A DNA stretch of 64,000 bases from a virus. Within the stretch, counting starts at the first letter, position 1, and each line of letters opens with the position of its first letter. The DNA is taken from IMG/VR virus record IMGVR_UViG_3300042505_000752, positions 1-64,000 of that record; one strand, 5' to 3'. A model generated the notes under the pieces. That model made no database searches and was not told the DNA's origin. It saw nothing but the letters and a program-made list of their open reading frames with translations. A program made the position numbers and the translations under genes. Shown here piece after piece: positions 16,975-26,718 of this stretch.

Positions 16975-17709
16975 TTGTCAATTGAAACATACATAACAGT
17001 TCACGATTCAACAATAGTTGCTGAATGCGAGGATTCGGGGAAGTTTAATTCAGTTAGCCATACATACTTATTTGTTGGACCAAGACCTGTTGATGTTGCT
17101 GATGATGTTAAAATAATTGTTTGTAAAGACATACAGCCAAACTATGAACACCTACCACATTTTTATGATTTCACTGGTTGGTTTGTTCTTGGAAAATACG
17201 AATTATTCTCAACAGACAACGCCATATTTTTGCAATATGACCACCTAATTAACTCTGAGGATCTAGAGTCCCAGACCGAATCAGCATTGGCTGACAACCA
17301 CATGATTGGGTATGCGCCAGCAGGACCAGAGTTATGGACATTGCAGTTGCCAAACTTCTACGAACGACAATTGGATGGCATTAGGGCGTGTGGTAACGAC
17401 TGGGAAAAACTGCTGACTGAAGTTCCCTTTACAATTTGGCCAACGACTCAAGGTACGGCTTGGCGAACAAATGAATTCTGCCAGTTTATGAAGTGGTTTG
17501 AACCAGCGTTTGAATCCTTCAAGGACCACACATTTGCTGGGCATCTTGCCGAACGAATGATTCAACCATTTTTAATGGCACACGGGATGACGGCAGGGTA
17601 CTTACCGGGCTTGATTTCGCATGAATCCTTGGACTGTCATGGAACCAAAGATCTAATCCTTGGGAATATAGAATCTTATAATAATAAAACCTTAACCTTT
17701 GGGCTATAA
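16975..17709 (+). CDS. Glycosyltransferase-like protein
   Basis: FLQYDH (DxD-like) and GHLAERMI. It sits inside the sugar cluster. Confidence 0.5.
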   Translation: MSIETYITVHDSTIVAECEDSGKFNSVSHTYLFVGPRPVDVADDVKIIVCKDIQPNYEHLPHFYDFTGWFVLGKYELFSTDNAIFLQYDHLINSEDLESQTESALADNHMIGYAPAGPELWTLQLPNFYERQLDGIRACGNDWEKLLTEVPFTIWPTTQGTAWRTNEFCQFMKWFEPAFESFKDHTFAGHLAERMIQPFLMAHGMTAGYLPGLISHESLDCHGTKDLILGNIESYNNKTLTFGL

Positions 17710-18315
17710 GATTTTTTTATTGACATACCAGTCTTCGTAGGGCTTCATGTAATACAGGGGATTCGTGTCAAGACATGGCGCATCTTCAACAACTCGCTCA
17801 AATCCATTATTTGACATAATTTGGAATATCAAGTTTTTGTTTACTGGACCATCCATATACAGATTGTGCTCAATTGTTGCTGAGTTAATTTGATATTTGG
17901 AAAAATCAAAAGACAGCAATACATCTGGTTCCATGCCCTCAATGTCCATTGACATGTAATCAATCTCATATGGGGCGTTTGCTAACTCAAGAATTGTCTC
18001 AAGTTTTGAACAAGGAACTAATGGGGCATTTTTATCTGATGTTGATGAAAATCCAGAAAAGTTTATTTCTCCTTCAAATGAAGCAGCGGCTACATTTAAG
18101 TTTTTACAGTTAGGGCGATTGATAATAAGTGACTTAAACACCTCTGGGCTTGCTTCAATACACACCCCAGTCCATCCTTGTTCCTCCAATGCCCATGTAT
18201 TGCTCGTATTGATGCCATCGTATGCGCCAATATCCACAAAAAATTTAGGAGATTGCTTGTACTGCATTATTTCTAAAACCCACTTATCCTGACCTGCTTG
18301 GGAATAGAAGTTCAT
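17704..18315 (-). CDS. FkbM-family SAM methyltransferase
   Basis: YSQAGQD, FVDIGAYDG...SNT, CIEAS and SMDIEGME. Confidence 0.88.
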   Translation of the reverse strand: MNFYSQAGQDKWVLEIMQYKQSPKFFVDIGAYDGINTSNTWALEEQGWTGVCIEASPEVFKSLIINRPNCKNLNVAAASFEGEINFSGFSSTSDKNAPLVPCSKLETILELANAPYEIDYMSMDIEGMEPDVLLSFDFSKYQINSATIEHNLYMDGPVNKNLIFQIMSNNGFERVVEDAPCLDTNPLYYMKPYEDWYVNKKIL

Positions 18316-19262
18316 AAAATCTCCTTAATCATTTTTTCAATATCATCAATAAACAAGTTTGCATATTTATTCTTCAAGTCAATAGCATTATTGCTAAATG
18401 TATCGTAACTATTAACAATATCTGCAAAGTTTACATTTGGATATCTTGGGACACTTTCATCAATATGTCTAAAAAGTGCACAGTCGCTCAATAGCATTGG
18501 TTTTCCAGAGGCAATCAAGTAGTCAGCAGAAGAAGATATCCCAGCATTGCTTGGTGGGAGTTCATAAAATAGTGCATTGATGTCATTTGAAGCAAGCATT
18601 TCAACAATTTCTTCTTCACTTACATAATCACTAGTATGGTTAAAGCGAATATTGGGTTTTGTAATTTCACTAAGGATTGATTGAATAATCCCATCTGTAT
18701 AATCCCCAGTAAAAGTACCAACTGTCATGTGTAGGTTAAAAACGGCATTATCAAAATGTTTGTTTATTTCTCGCATAATGATATGAAAATTCTTATGGGG
18801 TAAACCAAAGCCAAAACTGCCTATTCGTATTTCGCCATCACTTAGTTGGGTGTCTACGCTTTTACCCGCGTGAATTGTTCTACCAACTGGAAATATGCGA
18901 TTATCCGATGTTTTTAGTGTTGGATCGTTGCATATCATGTAGTCAAATAAGCCAGAATAACCATCCATTATTGCGGTGATGCTTGTTGGATCAAATAGAT
19001 GCTGCACTACGACTCTTTTGGCGGGGAAACCAGATATTGAGTCCTTTGACACCCACGGCATAACAAGTTGCATGTAATTAAAGAAAACAATAGACGGCTG
19101 ATGAATTGCGTAGATAGAGGCGTACTCGTCTGCTGAATTACACTCAGCGTAAACAGCGTCCAAGAGTGAACTCTTTGCTAACTGATTAAACTGCCGTTTT
19201 CCAAAGTCATAAACACCACAGCGAGAACCGAGACCGTGGTTTATATAAAGGACTTTTATCAT
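18312..19262 (-). CDS. Glycosyltransferase (GT-B/GT4-like)
   Basis: IGSFGFGLPHKNF and SSSADYLIASGKPMLLS acceptor/donor-site pattern. Confidence 0.65.
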   Translation of the reverse strand: MIKVLYINHGLGSRCGVYDFGKRQFNQLAKSSLLDAVYAECNSADEYASIYAIHQPSIVFFNYMQLVMPWVSKDSISGFPAKRVVVQHLFDPTSITAIMDGYSGLFDYMICNDPTLKTSDNRIFPVGRTIHAGKSVDTQLSDGEIRIGSFGFGLPHKNFHIIMREINKHFDNAVFNLHMTVGTFTGDYTDGIIQSILSEITKPNIRFNHTSDYVSEEEIVEMLASNDINALFYELPPSNAGISSSADYLIASGKPMLLSDCALFRHIDESVPRYPNVNFADIVNSYDTFSNNAIDLKNKYANLFIDDIEKMIKEIL

Positions 19263-20479
19263 GAACCAACTATATCAAACACTGGACAAGGGAAAACAAA
19301 CTTTCCGCCACCATCAAGGTATGACTTTTCTCGGAGAATAAACTCTGCACGGAAGTGCCAAGGGAGAACGAGGAGGTAGTCTGGTTTTGCCTCTCGCATT
19401 TCATCTTCTGATTTGATTGGAATATTTGTACCAATAGTGCGGAGACCAAACTTATACGGCGAGCGTTCCGCAATTGCGTCTACCATTGTTTCATCAATTC
19501 CAAAGTATTGCAACAATGTATTGCCTTTTGTTGAGGCACCGTAACCCCAAACTGTTTTGCCTTCTTCTTTTGCCTTCTTAAGAAAAGCCAAAGTTTGTGC
19601 TTTAAGGTTTTCAATCTTGACAAAGAAATCATTCCATACTTCTGGAGTATTAACTTTTGTTTCGCGCTCATGGGCAAGTACGGATTCAACTCTAAATTTG
19701 CACACATCACGATGAGGCTGTGTCCCAAATTTCGTCTTATCAGCAACATCTTTCATAGCGTAAATTCTGAAACTTCCACCATTAACATCATTGAGTTGAC
19801 AGTCCATAATTTTAAAACCGCATGATTCAAATAGTGTCTTAATTGAATCTAGGCTGTAATAATAAACATGTTCATGACAGATATTGTCAAATGCAACTTG
19901 TGCCAACATCAAGGGCGTATAACTCATTTGAAGAATAAAGATCCCATCATCATCCAAGACTGAATATGCATCATTTAAGAATGGACGCGGATTATCCAAA
20001 TCGTAAAACATTGCGATACAAGTAATAATGTCTGCTTTGGGCGCATCGGATGGGTATGACTCAGCAGAAAAGTAGTCACGAATAACTACATCGCCGTGCT
20101 TTTTTGCTTCTTCCGTAAAGGACTCATCAGCAGGGTCAATGCCAATTTTGTAAACATTCTTCGGGATTTTTTCAAGAAGTGTTCCATCATTACATGCAAT
20201 ATCAAGCCATGTTGAAATATTGCCTTGCCCCTTGATTTGAATGGCAGAACTCACAATTCCTGCGAGTTCATCTTTCATAGTTTGGTTGGTACCAGACCGA
20301 TACCAATAGCGACCATACATAAATGAAGGATCAGCAGTTTGCTTGAGGCGAGCACAATTAAGTTCTGAGTCCCACTCTAATTGAAGGTCTACTGGCTCAC
20401 ACCGAGGCTCTTCGTTTTCGGCAAGAAAGTCAGAAAGAAATAAGTTTCCAAGATTGAACAAATCCACAATAAACTCCAA
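19259..20479 (-). CDS. NDP-hexose C-methyltransferase (NovU/TylC3-like)
   Basis: YWYRSG, LDIACNDGTLL, DNICHEHVYYY, NGGSFR, GYGASTKGNTLL and LVLPWHF. Confidence 0.9.
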   Translation of the reverse strand: MEFIVDLFNLGNLFLSDFLAENEEPRCEPVDLQLEWDSELNCARLKQTADPSFMYGRYWYRSGTNQTMKDELAGIVSSAIQIKGQGNISTWLDIACNDGTLLEKIPKNVYKIGIDPADESFTEEAKKHGDVVIRDYFSAESYPSDAPKADIITCIAMFYDLDNPRPFLNDAYSVLDDDGIFILQMSYTPLMLAQVAFDNICHEHVYYYSLDSIKTLFESCGFKIMDCQLNDVNGGSFRIYAMKDVADKTKFGTQPHRDVCKFRVESVLAHERETKVNTPEVWNDFFVKIENLKAQTLAFLKKAKEEGKTVWGYGASTKGNTLLQYFGIDETMVDAIAERSPYKFGLRTIGTNIPIKSEDEMREAKPDYLLVLPWHFRAEFILREKSYLDGGGKFVFPCPVFDIVGS

Positions 20480-20539
20480 ATTTAAAACATTGATTTTTGT
20501 TTATTATAGACTTATATTTTTTTGTCAGGCATAAGTCAA

Positions 20540-22333
20540 TTAATTGTTTATATTAGATTCCTCTAATTGCTGGAGTCGTTTTCTTAAATCTTTAACTTCT
20601 GCTACAAGGACTGCCACTACCCCATGAAACTTCCAGCCTGCGGGAACAAGATTACCCTCACCATCATCACTATATTGAGCCAAAAACCCTGTACCAACTT
20701 CCGCTACTTCTTCAGCAATGAACCCGTATTCAAGATCGTTATCTTTCCATGATGTAGATAATTCATCATCATCTTCGGTGATTTTTGCTTGATATGTGAC
20801 AGGGTTGAGTTGATCAATCAATGATCCACTGTCTGTAATTGTCTCAATGTTGCGCTTGGCATCTCTTACAGATGTAAAATGATAGTACGCAGGGAATCCA
20901 CTTGTTGAACGAACAACATACTGAAAACCAGTTAATGTTGTTGTTGCTACAGAGTTATTCCAAATGTTATCGTGCGTAGTCAAACCAATAAGGTTTGTTG
21001 CAACATCGGTTCCATTGCCAACAATTAAAGTGTCTGTACCAGCACCACCAAGACGAACAGTTGAACCAGCAGTAGTAGATCGCAAATAAACATTGTTGTT
21101 ACCTGCCAAAGCACCAAGAAGCATATAGCCTTTGGAAGTTTCAACTGACGCATAAGCACTTGAACCTGACCAGTTGCCGAGAGTGACAGCAGGGGCAGCG
21201 CCATTATTATTTACAACAAGATTGTTACCAACTGTCGCATTATTGTTTTCAAGATTGATTATTAACGGCCATTGACCACCAAATTGCGCCCATGTCGTTG
21301 AGTTGTTCCCATCGCCACGCAACACATAAAACAGGTTGCTATTGCAATGAATCATTGACGATCTGTTATCGGTGTCTTGTAAATATATTGTTGGCGAACT
21401 ATTGTTTATAAATTGCTGACCTACCGACCTGATGTTTCCTGTGACATCTAAACTTGCGCCACTAATAATTCCTGTGGCATTGTAATCACCCGTCGCCATA
21501 TCCCAAGTATGTTTAATGGTTGTAGCAGACCAGCCACCTAACTCCATTTTGTTGGCAGTTGATAAACCAAAGTTTACCGCATACGCACCAACCCGATGAA
21601 AAGACATAACAGCAGGGAATGTTGCATTACCTCTAACAGAAAAACTGCCTGTATCATTTGCCGCTGCCACAGTTGTAGTAGTGCAAACATCGCCTACTAA
21701 AAGTTCAGTTAAATTACCTAAAGAAGTAATATTCGTAGCAGCAGCGGGTAAACGCAAATTATTCAAAGTACCACTAGTCAAACTAGAAGCATCAGTAGTA
21801 GCCAAAGTACCAGAGGTAGGTAATGTTACGCTTGTATTAGCAGTTACAGTTAAGGTTGTAGTAAAAGCGCCAGTTGTAGTAAAAGCGCCAGATGTAGTGA
21901 GGTTTCCACCCAGTGTTATGGTCCTACCAGTATTGGCAACACCAGTTCCACCATACTGCCCTGCAATGACAGAGGCATTCCAAATACCAGCGGTAAGCGT
22001 CCCTACTCCAGTAATTCCCGTATATGAACCACCAATGCGAGCAGATGCAATAGTTCCACTTAAAAGAGTAGAAGCAATGTCTCCAGCAGTTACCGTTCCT
22101 ACGCCTGTAATGCCCGTATAAGAACCACTAATACGCGCTGATGGGATAATGCCAGCAAGATCACTAGCGTCTGTTACATATAGAAGGCTACTCCACGCCG
22201 TAGAACCAGTGCCGACTTTAAGTCTTCCTGTGTCGGTTTCAAAGCCCATCTCGCCAACGGCAAGGGTAGGGTCTACAGACATCCAAGTGGATGCCGTGTC
22301 ACTTCTCAGTTGTATTAGGTCATTCCTCGGCAC
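20540..22333 (-). CDS. Tail fibre/spike with an Mtd_N-like N-terminus and a C-terminal S74-type chaperone
   Basis: IQLRSDTASTW...GEMGFETDTGRLKVG at the N-terminus and SVRDAKRNIE...GFIAEEV at the C-terminus. The likely start is GTG at 22333. Confidence 0.85.
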   Translation of the reverse strand: MPRNDLIQLRSDTASTWMSVDPTLAVGEMGFETDTGRLKVGTGSTAWSSLLYVTDASDLAGIIPSARISGSYTGITGVGTVTAGDIASTLLSGTIASARIGGSYTGITGVGTLTAGIWNASVIAGQYGGTGVANTGRTITLGGNLTTSGAFTTTGAFTTTLTVTANTSVTLPTSGTLATTDASSLTSGTLNNLRLPAAATNITSLGNLTELLVGDVCTTTTVAAANDTGSFSVRGNATFPAVMSFHRVGAYAVNFGLSTANKMELGGWSATTIKHTWDMATGDYNATGIISGASLDVTGNIRSVGQQFINNSSPTIYLQDTDNRSSMIHCNSNLFYVLRGDGNNSTTWAQFGGQWPLIINLENNNATVGNNLVVNNNGAAPAVTLGNWSGSSAYASVETSKGYMLLGALAGNNNVYLRSTTAGSTVRLGGAGTDTLIVGNGTDVATNLIGLTTHDNIWNNSVATTTLTGFQYVVRSTSGFPAYYHFTSVRDAKRNIETITDSGSLIDQLNPVTYQAKITEDDDELSTSWKDNDLEYGFIAEEVAEVGTGFLAQYSDDGEGNLVPAGWKFHGVVAVLVAEVKDLRKRLQQLEESNINN

Positions 22334-22457
22334 TTTCCGAATCTTTCTGAATAGCGTCAATCGTCGCTTCTAAAACAGCGATGCGCTGCGCCTGTTGTGC
22401 AATTTGAGTCACTAGTGATTCAACTATTTTATTGACATCTAATTGAAGATTTGACAT
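22320..22457 (-). CDS. Small coiled-coil protein (45 aa, absent from the track)
   Basis: AAGGA RBS, then MSNLQLDVNKIVESLVTQIAQQAQRIAVLEATIDAIQKDSESAEE. Confidence 0.65.
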   Translation of the reverse strand: MSNLQLDVNKIVESLVTQIAQQAQRIAVLEATIDAIQKDSESAEE

Positions 22458-22471
22458 TTTATTATCCTTAA

Positions 22472-22699
22472 TTATGCGAGCGAGTCGTGCTCTGTAGCAA
22501 TGGCAGCGTGGGCAGATTCAATGATTTCAAGGTTATTCGTAAACTGAGCGACCTGAGTCTCTTTTGCCTCATCGTCGGGAAGGCTTTGTGCCACCAACAA
22601 CGCGGTTTCATTGCTCAAGTACTCTTGTTCCAACTGGTTGAGACGACCAAGCAGAGCCTGCTTTTTGCCTTCTACGGGGTCAAGTGTTCTAAATTCCAT
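22472..22699 (-). CDS. Small coiled-coil protein, probable fibre chaperone
   Basis: 75 aa with an AGGAG RBS, located between fibre genes. Confidence 0.6.
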   Translation of the reverse strand: MEFRTLDPVEGKKQALLGRLNQLEQEYLSNETALLVAQSLPDDEAKETQVAQFTNNLEIIESAHAAIATEHDSLA

Positions 22700-22814
22700 T
22701 TTGTTTCTCCTGTGCCAGGTAGGTTTGATAGTTTCTGGTTGCTAATTTATCACATGCGCCTCGTGGTTTGCGCAACCGAGCGATACGCTGGATATTTAGC
22801 AGTACATTAGACAT
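22689..22814 (-). CDS. Possible 41-aa protein
   Basis: Strong TAAGGAG RBS, then MSNVLLNIQRIARLRKPRG...; no recognisable motif. Confidence 0.3.
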   Translation of the reverse strand: MSNVLLNIQRIARLRKPRGACDKLATRNYQTYLAQEKQNGI

Positions 22815-22844
22815 TATTATTCTCCTTAGTTATTGTTGTTATTA

Positions 22845-23426
22845 CTAAACTGCACCAATATCTTCTACGAGAAGAATTGCTGATCTTGGTGCGGTACGAA
22901 CTAACGCAGGAGAGCCTGTCGTATCTGATGTTTTAGCGCAACCAACCAAAGTTACTGAGCCAGCAGTAAAAGTCTTGATCGCTATAACTGTCAAAGCAGA
23001 CTTGATTATATATTGAGGTGAAAAAATAATGGTTGTGCCTTGGCTTGCACCTGCAGCATTAGTCAGCCGAATATCAATTTCAGTATTTACTTGAATAGGA
23101 ATATCTGCCGTCTGTGCTTCAGGTTCGTAATAGGTGATCTTGTAACGCCTGTTTGCAACGGCAGTAAAAGTTACTGACATACCCGTGGTAGCAGTAAGTG
23201 ATGTGGTCAATGTGTAATTTGTTTGTGATGTTGCTAACGCCATCACACCACGAGGTGAAGCATCCGTAACATAAAGCAAAGATGTCCATACTGTAGAGCC
23301 AGTACCAATCTTTAACTTGCCTGTATCTGTCTCAAACCCCATCTCACCAGCGGCAAGAGTTGGGTTTGTAGAGGTCCAGTTAGCGGCGGTATCACGCCGT
23401 AATTGAATGAGTGCGTTACGAGCCAT
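22845..23426 (-). CDS. Short fibre protein with an Mtd_N-like N-terminus
   Basis: MARNALIQLRRDTAANW...GEMGFETDTGKLKIG, paralogous to 20540..22333. Confidence 0.75.
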   Translation of the reverse strand: MARNALIQLRRDTAANWTSTNPTLAAGEMGFETDTGKLKIGTGSTVWTSLLYVTDASPRGVMALATSQTNYTLTTSLTATTGMSVTFTAVANRRYKITYYEPEAQTADIPIQVNTEIDIRLTNAAGASQGTTIIFSPQYIIKSALTVIAIKTFTAGSVTLVGCAKTSDTTGSPALVRTAPRSAILLVEDIGAV

Positions 23427-23625
23427 TATTGTCTTCCAATGTTTCTTGTTCTTCAACTATCGGCGCTTGCCATACGCCGTCAATAAGTATCCACCCCGTG
23501 TTAAGCGGGTTCTCTGGTGTTACTTCAATCAAGGTACAGCGTAGTGCCGCTTCTGTCGCTTCTTTGTCATCTGCAACAATTATGTTTGACACATAGTTGC
23601 CGTTTATCATTGCATAAATTGCCAT
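23416..23625 (-). CDS. Small fibre-associated protein
   Basis: 69 aa: YVSNIIVADD...GWILIDGVWQAP. Confidence 0.65.
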   Translation of the reverse strand: MAIYAMINGNYVSNIIVADDKEATEAALRCTLIEVTPENPLNTGWILIDGVWQAPIVEEQETLEDNNGS

Positions 23626-23634
23626 AAATACTCC

Positions 23635-25215
23635 TTAATAGAAAAGATATATAACACCGTTGCCGCCAGTTCCACCAGTGCCATTGTTCATTCCAGCACC
23701 TCCTCCACCCCCGCCGTTTCCGCCATTTCCACCGTTTACGGTTGATGCATTAGAGCCAGCACTAATATACCCTCCGCCCCCGCCACCTGCACCAACAAGA
23801 ATGCCTGTGCCACTTGTTCCCGTTCCGCCAGCAAATTTGTCTCCAGCACCGCCAGACGCACTAACAATTGTGTTCAGTCCTGTCACGCTTGCAGCGCCTC
23901 CACCAATAAGACCCAAACCTCCACTGTTGGCGGTTATTGAAGCAGTTGTAACAGCAGAGTTTGTGTATCCACCGCCCCCACCAGAGACACCGACCCCTCC
24001 AGGTAGTGTGCTCCCACCTCCACCCGCATAACCAATGCCACTCGTTGATGAGGCTGGAGCACCATAGAAAGAAGCGCCACCTCCTGTTGCACTAATATGG
24101 GCAGAGTTACCACCGCCAGCACCGCCAGCAATGGGAGCCAAGGTTCCAGTTGTACTTACACCACCACCACCTGCACCGCCGCCAGCAATAACCATTCCGT
24201 AAAGTGTGTCACCACCTTTGAAACCATTTCCGTTTGGATTGTTCCCAGTAAAAGTTGTGCTGTTTGGCACAAAAGCCATTTCCATTTGACCGCCCGCACC
24301 ACCAGCACCAACAGTGCAAGTATTAGAAGCAAATGTCCAACCAGCAGAAAATCCACCGCCTCCCCCACCACCGAAACTTGATACTGTTGACTGCGTGAAC
24401 TGCGAGTTACCACCGCTAGTCCAAGCCGTTGCTTGGGCGAGAGTGTTAGCAACAGAATATTCCGTAGAACTTGCTCTGACCACAACCTGTGTTGCCAAGT
24501 TAAACCCCGCAGCCGTGTGACCAGTCATTGTGACTATTGAACCAACTTTATAGTTGTTTGCAGCCGTATATCTGACCACACCAGTAAATGTGATGGTTCC
24601 AGTTGCTGCACCAGTTGTTGCGTTATCAACTGTAAAACTTGTTCCAGGATTACTTGCGGTAACAAGCCATGCTCCGTTGTATCCAGTGGGTGTTGCACCT
24701 GAAATTACTACTGGCACACCAACTGGAACGGCGGTTGTGGTGCTGTATGTAACCTTACCAGTAGAAGGTGAACCTGCTGTTACGGCAGTTATTGTTCCGC
24801 CCGCAGCAGCGCCAGTCGTTACTGTTCTTGCTGTAGCAGTGGCGGTTGTCAGGGTTGGCGTACCAGTAGTGGCGTTTGTGACCGTAAAATTAGTTGCGGA
24901 AGCCGTAGCAATAGCAACATTAGTGAGGTTGTATCCAGCAATACTTGAACCCACAGTTGTCACCTCCATGCCTGCAACAAAATTGTTATCACAGGTGTAT
25001 GTAACAGTTGTTCCATTACCTGAGATATTAGTAATATTGCGAATATTGGGAAGCGTTCCTGTTCCACCACCACCACCACCACCAATACAGACAGCATAAA
25101 CCCGCTTAACACTGCTAGGAATTGTAACGCTACCGCTTGAAGTAATTGTTTGTTGTAATTTCAATCCAAACGGTGTATCCGAAAATTGAGAATTTTGATA
25201 AATATTTACGCCCAT
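23635..25215 (-). CDS. Glycine-rich tail/fibre protein
   Basis: Split Gly-rich domain (VCIGGGGGG...GGNGVIYLFY) with three inserted beta-rich repeats. Confidence 0.75.
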   Translation of the reverse strand: MGVNIYQNSQFSDTPFGLKLQQTITSSGSVTIPSSVKRVYAVCIGGGGGGGTGTLPNIRNITNISGNGTTVTYTCDNNFVAGMEVTTVGSSIAGYNLTNVAIATASATNFTVTNATTGTPTLTTATATARTVTTGAAAGGTITAVTAGSPSTGKVTYSTTTAVPVGVPVVISGATPTGYNGAWLVTASNPGTSFTVDNATTGAATGTITFTGVVRYTAANNYKVGSIVTMTGHTAAGFNLATQVVVRASSTEYSVANTLAQATAWTSGGNSQFTQSTVSSFGGGGGGGFSAGWTFASNTCTVGAGGAGGQMEMAFVPNSTTFTGNNPNGNGFKGGDTLYGMVIAGGGAGGGGVSTTGTLAPIAGGAGGGNSAHISATGGGASFYGAPASSTSGIGYAGGGGSTLPGGVGVSGGGGGYTNSAVTTASITANSGGLGLIGGGAASVTGLNTIVSASGGAGDKFAGGTGTSGTGILVGAGGGGGGYISAGSNASTVNGGNGGNGGGGGGAGMNNGTGGTGGNGVIYLFY

Positions 25216-25224
25216 AACTTCTCC

Positions 25225-26079
25225 TTAATAGAAAATATAAAGAATGCCGTTACCACCTGCGGCACCGGGGGCAGCACCACCACCACCAAGACCTCCAGCG
25301 CCACCAGAACCCGTTGTTGCATTGCTACCGTTTGCTGCAATTCCCGCGCCACCACCACCACCGACACTTCCCGTATGACTGACTCCCGTCCCACCTGTGT
25401 AGATAGTTCCGTCAATACCGATGGCGTTCCCACCAGCACCAGATGTACGAGTTCCTGAAGGTGATTCGCCACTACCACCAGCACCGCCAATAATCCCCGA
25501 CCCGCCGTCACCCCCAGACTCTCCAACAGCCATAGAACGAGAGCCACCACCACCAGAAATACCGTTAGCACCATTTCTGAGACCCAACTGACCTCTGCCA
25601 CCACCAGCGCCACTTCCAGTCCGTGCTAAAAGCGTACCTGTGGCACCAGCGCCACCTGCAAACCCATAGTAATTGGTACTGCCAGAATTACCATTAGTAT
25701 CATTGCCTCTACCAGCACCCCCAAGCACACCAGAGTTTCCGCCACCAGCAATAATATGCCCATAGCGGCTATATCCTCCTGGGTCACTTGCACCAGCGCC
25801 AATGATGCAACTTGATTGTGCCAATGTCCAACCCCACGAAACACCACCAGCACCACCACCACCACCGAATGCGCCCTGAGAACCAGCGCCAGTGATAATC
25901 ACATACACCCAAGTTATACCAGTAGGAATTGTTACCGCACCTGATGAAGTAATTGTTTGTCGCAAGCGAAGTCCGTGTGGCGCAAAAAAAGATGTGTTTG
26001 CAATCGGAGTATAATCAGGACCTTGCATCCCAGTAGAAACTTCACTTCCTACCTGTCCTCTGCGGTTTGGGTTAGCCAT
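25225..26079 (-). CDS. Glycine-rich tail/fibre protein
   Basis: Paralogue of the preceding gene (QTITSSG.VTIP...GGNGILYIFY). Confidence 0.75.
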   Translation of the reverse strand: MANPNRRGQVGSEVSTGMQGPDYTPIANTSFFAPHGLRLRQTITSSGAVTIPTGITWVYVIITGAGSQGAFGGGGGAGGVSWGWTLAQSSCIIGAGASDPGGYSRYGHIIAGGGNSGVLGGAGRGNDTNGNSGSTNYYGFAGGAGATGTLLARTGSGAGGGRGQLGLRNGANGISGGGGSRSMAVGESGGDGGSGIIGGAGGSGESPSGTRTSGAGGNAIGIDGTIYTGGTGVSHTGSVGGGGGAGIAANGSNATTGSGGAGGLGGGGAAPGAAGGNGILYIFY

Positions 26080-26441
26080 TAGGAAATCCTATTGATGTAA
26101 CCAGAAATAGTAATAACTGATGCCGTTGCAGCAAAAGCATAAATAGTGTTCGCTGCTGCACCTGTGCCTGTCAACGGTAGACCTGCAACAATCAAAACAT
26201 CACCAGATTGCGGAGAAAGAGTAATCGGTTTAGCGTGCTGCACTGCACCTGTTCCACCAAATTGCACCGTGAGCAACACGGGCGATGTTGAAGTATTATT
26301 TGCATACAACCATACCTCGTCAATAATTGAAGACGAAGTTCCTGTTGCGTGAATGGTTGTGCCAGTTGAAGCAGTTTGAACTACTGTGATGGGTTGTCCT
26401 TGTGTTGAACCACTTAGTAAAACCTTGTTGAATGAAGCCAT
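26079..26441 (-). CDS. Small beta-rich structural protein
   Basis: 120 aa, Thr/Ala-rich, in the fibre operon. Confidence 0.65.
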   Translation of the reverse strand: MASFNKVLLSGSTQGQPITVVQTASTGTTIHATGTSSSIIDEVWLYANNTSTSPVLLTVQFGGTGAVQHAKPITLSPQSGDVLIVAGLPLTGTGAAANTIYAFAATASVITISGYINRIS

Positions 26442-26451
26442 TATTTATCTC

Positions 26452-26718
26452 CTAAGAAAAAACCTGTGTCTGAATAATTAGGTCAGCGGATAGTTCGCCA
26501 CCATTAATAGTGCCACTAACATTTAATGAAGTTAAAGTACCAACACTTGTTAAAGACGACCCAGTAACAGTGGATTTAATAGTAGTACCAGGAAGAGTTT
26601 CAGCACTGAAAGAGGTGGTGTTGTAGGTATTCCAAGTAGTACCGTCATAAATCCAAGTCTTATTACCTACGGTATAAGTGGCGTTGGTTGCTGGTGAGTT
26701 AGGAAAGTCAATTGCCAT
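26452..26718 (-). CDS. Small fibre-associated protein
   Basis: MAIDFPNSP...TWIYDGTTW motif. Confidence 0.65.
   Translation of the reverse strand: MAIDFPNSPATNATYTVGNKTWIYDGTTWNTYNTTSFSAETLPGTTIKSTVTGSSLTSVGTLTSLNVSGTINGGELSADLIIQTQVFS

Noticed and set aside
20540-23426. Diversity-generating retroelement suggested by the Mtd_N-like domains
   Set aside because: No reverse transcriptase, Avd or adenine-specific TR/VR pair was seen, and the shared homology is N-terminal rather than at a C-terminal variable region.
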